Of a DNA stretch of 64,000 bases, positions 32,819-42,207 are shown piece by piece (the stretch's first letter is position 1; each line of letters begins with the position of its first letter). Both the position numbers and the translations under genes were made by a program. Under the pieces are notes generated by a model, which saw nothing but the letters and a program-made list of their open reading frames with translations, ran no database searches and had not been told where the DNA came from. The stretch covers positions 620,001-684,000 of the forward strand of contig JAANOX010000258.1 of NCBI GenBank assembly GCA_020184695.1, in the 5' to 3' direction. The DNA is from Histomonas meleagridis 2922-C6/04-290x. Taxonomy: Eukaryota; Protista; Parabasalia.

Positions 32819-35800
32819 TTACTCTTCATCATTTGTATTTCTCTTCATTAATTTGCATGGGTAAATACCATGACCCGCTCCACAATCACAAAAACAAGGC
32901 GAAGGATTTTTCGCTTCAGATATTTCATGACCTTTATGACATGTTTTGGCGCATTCTTCGCATATACTAAAACCTGATTGCATTGAACAAGTTTTACATT
33001 GGTAATAAGTTCTGTGCATTAAATATTTGTATTTAGTTTGTTCAAATGTGCAATGTCCTGGAATGCATTCGAGAATAGGTCTATTTCTTTGGATTCTATA
33101 ATGGTTTGCTTGATCATTATATAACGTTTTTATTTCTTTGTTATCTTTATCATCAATTTCAATACCGTTTTGTTGAATAAGTATTTTTATAACTTCATTA
33201 TTTTCATTTTTTATTGCATGTGCAATTGCTGTGATAAATTATTAAAATAAGTTCCAAAAATTACTTGAAAACATTAAAATATTAAAATAAAATTTAAATA
33301 AAATAATTTTATATCTTTTGCATTAATATCAATTCCTTTTTGTTCAAGTAATAATTTAACTATATCGACATGATTATTCTTAGCTGATAAAATAAGTGCT
33401 GTATAAAATTATTTGAATAAATTCCAAATATTATTTAAAATTATCAAATTATTATAACAAAAATAAAATGAATAATAGAAAGTTTAGCATTAATATCAAC
33501 TTTTTCTTGCTCAAGAATAAATTTAACTATATCAGTCTTCCCATTTAAAGATGAGAATATAAGGGAAATATTAAATTATTTAAATTATTTCTAAATAATA
33601 TAATAAAATTAAAAATTATAACAATAAAAATTATTTCGAATATTTTCATCAATATCTTCTTGTTCAAGAAGTAATTTTACAATTTCAACATAACCATTTA
33701 AAGAAGCAAATAAAACTGCTGATTCAAATAATAAAAACAATTTCTAAATAAAAAATTAAAATTTTAAATCATTAAGACAAATACTAAACAAGTTAAATAA
33801 ATATTAACATTTGTATTAATTCCTTCTTTTTCAAAAAGTAATTTAACTATATCAATATAACCTTTCTCAGATGCTATTATTAATGCTGATCTATAAATTA
33901 TAAATAAATTCCAAATATTTTCATAAAATTTTAAACTATTTAAATAAATTTCAAATAAAAAATTTAAATATCTGTGGCATGAATATTAATTCCATTTTGT
34001 TCAAGAAGTAATTTTACTGTTTCTGAATGTCCGTTTTCTGCTGCAAATATAAGTGGTGTTCTAAATATTTTAAATAATTTCCAAATATTATTTTGGAGTT
34101 TTAAAATCTTTATCATTTATATTAGTTTCTTCTTTTTTTAGAATCAATTTAACAATTTCGTTACGGCCATTAGCACATGCAATCATAAGAATTGAAAACA
34201 ATAATTTTAATAAACTCCAAATATTATTTTTTAACAAAATATTATTTTGATAAACTCTAAATCAAATAAATTATCATCTTTCTCATTAATATTAATTCCT
34301 TGATGATTAATAAGTAATTTAATGATTTCTTCATTCCCAAATTTAGATGCTAAAATAAGTGATGTTTCAAATATTTAAAGTAATTTCCAAATATTCACTT
34401 TAAATATAAAATTAATAAAATAAAGACTATATAAAATATATAAAAATTTTTATCATTTATATTAATATTTTCGTTTTCAAGTAGTAATTTTACTATTTTA
34501 GCATTGTTCTTTTCAATTGCAAACATAAGAACTGAAATAAAAAATTTTAATAAATTCTAAGTTTTATTTTGATATATTAAATAGTTAAAACTAACATTAA
34601 ATAAAACATATAAATATCTTTAGTATTAACATCAATTCCTTTGTGTTGAAGAAGCAATTTTACAATATCTATATAACCTTTTTGGATTGCTATAATAAGA
34701 GGTGTACCAAATTATTTGAGTAAATTTTATATATTTTTAAATAGTAAATTACTCAAATAAACATTAAATGTTACAAATAAATACTTTTCGCATTAACGTT
34801 AACATCTTTTTGTTCAAGAATAACTTTAGCTATATCAGGATGATCATTTTTTAATGCATAAGTAAGTGCTGATTTAAATAATTTAAATAATTTCCAAACA
34901 TTTTTTTAAAATATGAAATTATTAAAATAAATATTAAATATAACAAATAAACCAAAATATTAACATCGATTTCTTTCATCTCAAGAAGTAATTTAACAAT
35001 TTCTATACAATCGTTTTTGAATGCATATATAAGTGCTGTATTAAACAATTTAAATAATCTCCAAATATTATCTTAAAATATAAAATTAACAAAAATTTCT
35101 CTATATAAAACAAATTTATATCTTTAGCATTAATATCAATTCCTTCTTGCTTAAGAAGTAATTTAACTATATCTATATAACCTTTTTCTGATGCTATAAT
35201 AAGTGCTGTCTTAAATAATTTAAATAATTTCCAAATATTATTTTAAAATTTGAAATTATTAAAATAAATTTCATCGTTAACATTGATATTAATTTCAACA
35301 TCATCAATAAGTAAATTACATATTTCATTATGACATTTATTTAATGCTGCTAAAACAGATGAGTTAAAAACATTAAATAAATACCAAATATTATGATCAA
35401 AAACCAATTTCATCATTTTCTTTTCTTTCGAAGAATGATTTCAGTATATCTTTTTGACGATTTTCTAATTCCTCAATTAATTTCTTTTTAAACATTTTAA
35501 ATAAATCTCAAATCTCAAAACAAAACATTAAATTATTAAAACAAATATTAAATATTCAAAATTTAATATCTTTTTCATTTAAATCATTTTTTTCTTTTTC
35601 AAAAACATATTTAACAAGTTCAATGTTTCCTGAAATTGTTGAAAACAATAAAATTTTTTCTGGGATTTGATTGTTTTGCATAAAATCTTTCACAAGATAT
35701 AAGTTACCAATTTTTGCTGATTCATTAATAATAGATTCATCAATTGGCATACCTTCTTCGATTAAAAATGAAAGAATTTCATAGTTCGCAAAGTGAAGAC

Positions 35801-36821
35801 AAACATTTCCAAAGTTTTTAATTCTTGTTAATTTTTTCTCATGATTTTCTTTTTCTTTAATCGATTTTATTTTGTTTAATTTTTCTCTATTTATTTCATA
35901 AAGATATTTAAAGATATCATTTCGATGGAATTTAATTGCTGCTTCATATCCACCTTTAAATGATGAATGATTTTGTTCACATAAATGAATGATTTCAATG
36001 TTTCCACCTGCAACTGCATATTTACCTGTATTTTCTGCTTTTGCGCCATTCATAAGTAAATATTTAAAACATTTAACTGACCCAAAAAATGCTGCATAAT
36101 CAATTAATGTAACATTACTTTGATTAACAAATGAATATCTTTCATAAAGTGATGGTTTAATTGCCTTATTAAAATCAAAGTTTTCTTGTGATGATATTTC
36201 TTGAAGTTTTTCGATTTCATCATTTCGAATTATTTTCGCAATTTCTTTTGGATTAACTCCTTCTTCGATTAATTTTTTATGAAGTTCAAAATTATTCTTT
36301 GAAAGTTCATCATAATTTTTTAAGAATTTTCTTGTTAATGAACCACTTTGCAAAATGTTTTTTCGATGTGCAAAATAATTTGAATCTAATTTTTTAATAA
36401 TTTTTGTATCAATTAAATTTAATTTAATGAATTTCTCAATAATATAATTTAATTCTTGACATGCGCTTTGTGATTTATACATATTTACCAAATATTTACT
36501 AAAAACTTCAATAATGCTTGAATTACTTTGATTTTTTTCTTCTTTAGTTTGAATAGATTGTATATAATCTATATATAAATCAACATCATTTTTTTGTAAT
36601 AAACATGCAACATAAATTAAATCAGTTAATGAAAGATTAAATGTATGTGGAAATTTTGAATCAAATAAACTCATTATTTGTTCAACTGATTGTTCAAAAT
36701 TTTCTTTAATCAAATTAAATATTATGCCTTCAAGCGTACGTAATAAATGAACGCTCTTAAATTTACCATAATTGGCATTCTCAATTTTGTTTAAATTTTG
36801 ATTTGAACTTAGATCTTCCAT
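32819..36821 (-). CDS. Locus C: DUF3447-like domain, about 15 ankyrin repeats and a C-terminal UBR-type zinc finger; loops interrupted by 17-nt inserts
   Basis: ORF 35556-36821 supplies the N-terminus. The 15 loop arrays between 33236 and 35567 parse as inserts plus single codons. The last repeat reads in frame into YYQCKTC...ICEECAKTCHKGH...CFCDCG. Confidence 0.8.
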
Positions 36822-37216
36822 TAAATTTTGAAAGTGATATGACCAAACGACTTAACCGTAATCGATTCACTGCAAATCAACGTGCGGCAAAACAATTTTG
36901 AGAAGCATGAACCGTCGTCATAAAATAAATGTTTTTGGTGTTAAAACATTGGAATTTATTACATAATAATGAGTACCATGTACGCAATTTATGGAATTTG
37001 GCAGGAGATATCATAGTCCTTTCACAACAATATTATATTATTCTCACATATGGCTTCTTATGCGATGGCAAAATCGGAGCACCCCCAAATTGTAGCGGTT
37101 TTTTGAATGCTTTTCAACCAACGACGATCAATTTCCAACACAAAAATGCAAACCGTTGTTTATGCGCCATTTTACTGAAAATCATTGAAACCGTTAATAT
37201 ACGTTAACTCGAAGAC

Positions 37217-37831
37217 ATGACACAACTTCCACCGAAATCATCCAAAAAAACAGCATCCGGTCTTTCCCCTGAGACTGATGCATATTTATCAAAACTCATG
37301 AGGAAAAATGGAATGTCTAAAAGAAAACAAAATGATTTACTTGGACAAATACAAACAGAAGGTGTTCTTCCTATGCAACCAAAACCAAAAATCTATAAGC
37401 CCGTTACAAAACCAAAGCCAGAACAAAAAGTTTTTACAATGGCTCAAGTTGGTAAGCGTCCTTTAACAAAGAAAGAATCAACAATCATAGAAGAAACTAA
37501 CTTTTATGAACCTGCTCGTCCACCTGCTGTTCCCATTGGTCCTTCGTCTGAAGAAAGGAAAACAGAACTTGCCACCAAAATGTGGGGTGTTGATGAAGAA
37601 GCAATCAAACAAAAACAAAAAAAGGAAAATTCACAAACAAGCTATTCTAAATTTACGATGGATGATCAAATCCTTGAGGAAATCAAGGATAGAACTAATT
37701 GGCTTGAAGAAATGCATGAAATTGGTGTGCATGAGCATGATGCAGAAACTCTCAGGCAGATCGATCAACGAGTAGAAGAACTCAAAAAGAGGCGAAAAGC
37801 AAAGAAAACAATATATGACGATTCTGACTAA
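37217..37831 (+). CDS. UPF0193/EVG1-like protein
   Basis: LMRKNGMSKRKQNDLL..I..EGVLP and EEIKDRTNWLEEMHEIG...RQIDQRVEEL match the family pattern as I recall it. Confidence 0.65.
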   Translation: MTQLPPKSSKKTASGLSPETDAYLSKLMRKNGMSKRKQNDLLGQIQTEGVLPMQPKPKIYKPVTKPKPEQKVFTMAQVGKRPLTKKESTIIEETNFYEPARPPAVPIGPSSEERKTELATKMWGVDEEAIKQKQKKENSQTSYSKFTMDDQILEEIKDRTNWLEEMHEIGVHEHDAETLRQIDQRVEELKKRRKAKKTIYDDSD

Positions 37832-38378
37832 TAATATGTTAATTAATTCATAGAAATGTATTTATTATAAAAATCAAATTAAAACAATTCACTCACTTAA
37901 AGTTTTTAAAAATAGTTCACTTACTTAAAGTTATTGATAAGAATAACTTGAACACACAATTGAAAATTCATGATGAAAAGCATTGGAAAGTACGATTAAA
38001 TATCTCACAAAACTGTTATTTTGAAAATGATTTAATCGTTCATTTTAATTAAAATTCTTTTTCACACAGGTTGAACATGTATATAAAGTTCGACCCAAAA
38101 TGTTGGGACACCACCTGTTCATTATTGAGAGGATTCCTTTCAATCTGTCCCAAGTTCGTACTTTAATATTTTTCATTTGGAGATCTCTCAATTCCCCACT
38201 TTTTCATAATTTATCTGTTCGTTGCCATTTTTTCTTGCTCAAGTGTTTTCTTGCCATTTAGCTCTGTGTTAAAAAAAATTTCTTTTTCTAGAAAAAGATT
38301 TTACTGAGTTTATAATATATTGAAAAATAGATCGAATTCGACATAATTCGTTCATCGCAATTTGAATTTCACACAGAT

Positions 38379-40325
38379 TTATCCGACTGTGTTCGCATTG
38401 GCTTCGCTTTGCTCTGTCTCGTCTTCAGTTTGCGCATTTGCGTTTTCTTCTTCCGGATGTTCCGTTTCGTTTATATTTTGTGTATTTGAATTTTCAAACT
38501 CGTTAACTGTTTGCGTTAACTCATTTGAATGTTCCGATTCATTTTCGTTTTGTTGCTGTGTTTCGCTTCCGTCCTGCGCACTCACAGCTCTGTCCTGCGC
38601 AATGGCTTCATCACGTTCGTCCTCATTTCCGTTTTGCGTGTTTTCGCTTGGAGTTGTTCCGCTTTGCTCATTGACATTTTCTTCGTTTTGAACATTTGTA
38701 TTTTCGCTTTGAGTTACATTACTTTGATCAATTTGTACATTAACATTTTCTTCGTTTTGTACATTTGCATTTTCACTTTGAGTTACATTACTTTGATCAA
38801 TTTGTACATTAACATTTTCTTCGTTTTGAACATTTGCATTTTCGCTTTGAGTTACATTACTTTGATCAATTTGTACATTAACATTTTCTTCGTTTTGAAC
38901 ATTTGCATTTTCGCTTTGAGTTACATTACTTTGATCAATTTGTACATTAACATTTTCTTCGTTTTGAATATTTGCATTTTCACTTTGAGTTACATTACTT
39001 TGATCATTTTGTTCATTTACATTTTCTTCGTTTTGTATATTTGCATTTTCACTTTGAGTTACATTACTTTGATCATTTTGTTCATTTACATTTTCTTCGT
39101 TTTGCGCGTTTGCATTTATATTTTCATTTTGTGCACTTAAAGTTCCGCTTTGTGCATTTGCATTTTCGTGTTCCAAAACTTCTTCTTCCTCTTCGACTTC
39201 TTCTTCCACGTATTCGTATTCATATTCATAATCCTTTTCGTTATTGTTGTTATTACTATTGCTTTTTATCTTCTTCTTTTTGTTCACCGGCACAATTGTA
39301 CTTGACTCAAGTTCGTCTTCCTCCTCAGCATGGCGAATACGGCTGTCGAAGTCGCTTCCCAAATCGGCTGAGTTTCCCTCGTTTTTCTTTGACTTAAACA
39401 TGTCATTGAATGACGAAAAATGGAAATCCGATGAGTGCAAACGGAGGTATTTAACTTCGGGGAGTTGTGTGCATGGTATTCCAAGTTTGTCAAGAGTAAA
39501 TTGTATGCACAAACGTATCCAACTTTTAGCGCGTGTGCCATTGTGTCCTTTGGTCAGCGGCATTATGAATTTTTCGTCACTTTTACACGCAGTATATAAT
39601 TCGATCGCATGTTGGAAGGGTATAAACTCATCATCTTCGGCGTGACCGAATATAACTGGAGTGGTCATGCTCTGGACTGAAACTAATGGTGAAACATCAT
39701 CAAGATTGAAATTGGCAATCTTGATGATCTTTTGTTTAAGTACCCATATAACTAATCTGACAAAGGCTTTCGGAAAATTCATCGATGAGGCAATGGCTCT
39801 ACACATGTCGGGTATGGAAGTAAATGAGGAGTCACATATTATACCAGCAACATATGGCGACTTAACTAAAAGTGATGTGGCTGCCCCCATGGATCGTCCC
39901 CAAATAACAAATTTATTGATGTTAAACATGCGAAAAAGAGCACTGAATAAAAATTCGACATCTTCCTTCTCAAAATATCCTAATGAAATGTACTCGCCAC
40001 CGCTTCGCCCACACCCTGCAAAGTCAAAACAAAAGACAAATATCCCATAATCACAAAAATTTGGTACAAGAAATTGTCCTTCAAGTTGACAGGAAGAATT
40101 TCCATGAAGATAACAGAGGCAAGAGCCACCACTCATTGGATTGGAATCTATGGAATGATATAACGATCCAACAATAACTTGATTGCGTGGATTAACAAAA
40201 GATAATGGTTGGCGTATATATTTTTTGTCGGCACATTCAAGAACTAGTGGCATTTTTTCTAAATTGTAGTCTTTTCGTGGAGGTCGAATGATTGCATCAA
40301 CCCCTTTTTTGAGTAAGCTCGACAT
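38379..40325 (-). CDS. Alpha/beta-hydrolase with an acidic Asn/Glu/Gln repeat tail
   Basis: AIIRPPR, YLHGNSS, FDFAGCGRSGGEYISLG, WGRSMGAA (nucleophile Ser), HAEDDEFI, GHN. Start set at MSSLLKK. Confidence 0.88.
   Translation of the reverse strand: MSSLLKKGVDAIIRPPRKDYNLEKMPLVLECADKKYIRQPLSFVNPRNQVIVGSLYHSIDSNPMSGGSCLCYLHGNSSCQLEGQFLVPNFCDYGIFVFCFDFAGCGRSGGEYISLGYFEKEDVEFLFSALFRMFNINKFVIWGRSMGAATSLLVKSPYVAGIICDSSFTSIPDMCRAIASSMNFPKAFVRLVIWVLKQKIIKIANFNLDDVSPLVSVQSMTTPVIFGHAEDDEFIPFQHAIELYTACKSDEKFIMPLTKGHNGTRAKSWIRLCIQFTLDKLGIPCTQLPEVKYLRLHSSDFHFSSFNDMFKSKKNEGNSADLGSDFDSRIRHAEEEDELESSTIVPVNKKKKIKSNSNNNNNEKDYEYEYEYVEEEVEEEEEVLEHENANAQSGTLSAQNENINANAQNEENVNEQNDQSNVTQSENANIQNEENVNEQNDQSNVTQSENANIQNEENVNVQIDQSNVTQSENANVQNEENVNVQIDQSNVTQSENANVQNEENVNVQIDQSNVTQSENANVQNEENVNVQIDQSNVTQSENTNVQNEENVNEQSGTTPSENTQNGNEDERDEAIAQDRAVSAQDGSETQQQNENESEHSNELTQTVNEFENSNTQNINETEHPEEENANAQTEDETEQSEANANTVG
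38690..39105 (-). repeat. 69-nt (23-aa) coding tandem repeat, about 6 copies
   Basis: ENANVQNEENVNVQIDQSNVTQS units. Confidence 0.9.
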
Positions 40326-40506
40326 TGCCGTACTTAGCCCCCAATTATTTAAATAAACGGTTTCGCATTTGCACATATTATTCAAAATTGAATCATCCAC
40401 AAAGAAAATTCTATCGTTCGGTTACATTTTTTTATCAACTTTTCTAAACAATTTTTTGATCATGTTCTCCATCAAGACAAAACAATATACGACAAAAATA
40501 AAGATA

Positions 40507-41298
40507 TTACGTAAGTTTACAAAATGATAAGGCAAATTCATCTAAAGCTGCGAATGTTTCTATATTATTCACTTTTGAAAGATGTTGAGCAGAATTCCGG
40601 TGATCCGTACCATCATGATAAGAAACACCGCATATCTCACAATAACCATAATTTCCAGGTCCAACCTGAAAATTGTGACGATTATTTTGAGCTTGAGTTG
40701 CGTTGTGCGGTCGCCCCTTCACATCTAAGTTCGTTGGCGGTTGCACAAAAGGAGAAAGTAAGTAATCTTTTGAATTTGATGGAATCAAATATAACTTCGG
40801 ATAATCATTCATTACCAAAAAGTTTGGTCTAGCACTATGATTTAAATCTGCAAGGACAATCTTTGGACCTTCGTATGATTTTTCGGATATTTGAAGTCTC
40901 TTTGGTTTTACAAAAGCCCAAGGAATCTGTTGAGCTAATATAATTCTTGGCGCTATTCTTGTCCCTTTGGCGAGTTCTGTGATGAACTGTGATTTAATAG
41001 CTTCTGTTTTTGTTGAATCTGTTATTATTACTTCTGGCTGTGGAAATTCATTTTTTAAAATCTTGGCACCCGCGACGCAAAGCATTGATTCTACGAGATT
41101 TTTTTGAGCAAGGTTTTCTAGAAGTACAACAACATTGAGACCGCTGAAAATCTTCGGATGGAGAATGGTTGAATTCCAATTATCTTCAATTACTTTTTTA
41201 TTATTGGCTGTAAGTTTTTTATGGTTTGTATGTATTAAAGCAAAGTCAGAAGGAGAAATTTTCCGAGACCTATCTACTGCTGATACATAAATATTCAT
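40507..41298 (-). CDS. Dbf4/ASK-like protein (Cdc7 regulatory subunit)
   Basis: C-terminal zinc finger GYCEICGVSYHDGTDHRNSAQH, a motif-M-like RPNFLVMNDYPKLY and a BRCT-like N-terminus. Confidence 0.7.
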   Translation of the reverse strand: MNIYVSAVDRSRKISPSDFALIHTNHKKLTANNKKVIEDNWNSTILHPKIFSGLNVVVLLENLAQKNLVESMLCVAGAKILKNEFPQPEVIITDSTKTEAIKSQFITELAKGTRIAPRIILAQQIPWAFVKPKRLQISEKSYEGPKIVLADLNHSARPNFLVMNDYPKLYLIPSNSKDYLLSPFVQPPTNLDVKGRPHNATQAQNNRHNFQVGPGNYGYCEICGVSYHDGTDHRNSAQHLSKVNNIETFAALDEFALSFCKLT

Positions 41299-41638
41299 TC
41301 CTTCAGGCCAGAAAATGATTTCATTTCACACCCACTTTTCCCCCGGGTAAAATTGAATGGAAATCCCCGGGTCTTTTGACGGTTATTTTAATAATTTAAA
41401 CGGCATGCTTAAACGGGTTCAAATTGCATAAACTGTTTTTATTTTATGGCTTCCTATATTTTCCCCCTTAAGGTGTTATTTGATATCAAATAATTTCAGT
41501 GATTTATAAAGGGTATGAATAAATGCATTAAACTATATAATTTTTTTGTTACTAAATTAAATGATTTAACCATTATTTCTTCGTTTCAATGAGGAAAAAT
41601 TATAAAAACTTATAATATTTCTCTAATAAAAATTTTAT

Positions 41639-42154
41639 TCATGCTTTTCGCCCTGGAGAAGTGCTTTCAATTAATGTGATATAAAAGTACATAATAGTCC
41701 ATATAATAGTAAAGAATGTGAACCTTTTGGTTGCCTCAAAGAGGAGGTATGTTCCAAGAAGTGTGAGGAAACAACCTTTATACTGTGCATGACCGATATC
41801 AAATGGAAATCCTTGAATAGGAGGAGAATTGTCAAGGCCAAGTTCCCAGCCATAGTATGCGCGCACTTTACCGAGACGATTATAAACAATATAATTAAGG
41901 TATTGACCGATTGCAATGCAAACAACACTTATATAAATATACTTAAATGTAAACTTACCTTGGAAACCATATGCTGCATATAACACCATACAGATTGTCT
42001 TCATAATAGATGATAATAAGACAAGTTGATTTTGAGTCATAAAGCGTTTAAATGTTTGGGGGAATTTGTACGCAATTGAATAAAGAATATATGGCGTAAC
42101 AAGCGTTATGAATAAGATTAGATCAAAGATGTTAACTGTAATTATTATTGGCAT
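41639..42154 (-). CDS. Phospholipid N-methyltransferase (PEMT family)
   Basis: Multi-TM protein with GQYLNYIVYNRLGKVRAYYG and GFPFDIGHAQYKG. Confidence 0.8.
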   Translation of the reverse strand: MPIIITVNIFDLILFITLVTPYILYSIAYKFPQTFKRFMTQNQLVLLSSIMKTICMVLYAAYGFQGKFTFKYIYISVVCIAIGQYLNYIVYNRLGKVRAYYGWELGLDNSPPIQGFPFDIGHAQYKGCFLTLLGTYLLFEATKRFTFFTIIWTIMYFYITLIESTSPGRKA

Positions 42155-42207
42155 CTAATAATTAAAAGTTTCCGAAATTTTAACGGACTTTGCCCCCCCC
42201 CCCATTT

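Noticed and set aside
33236-35567. Alternative genetic code or stop readthrough as the explanation for interrupted ankyrin genes
   Set aside because: Housekeeping genes end in ordinary stops, and most spacers (for example 80 nt) shift the frame, so readthrough alone cannot restore the protein.
38529-39645. Plus-strand ORFs with hydrophobic or His/Phe repeats
   Set aside because: Antisense shadows of the 69-nt repeat in the hydrolase gene. The same applies to shadow ORFs over RPSA, RPL8, SCS-beta, H3 and the golgin.
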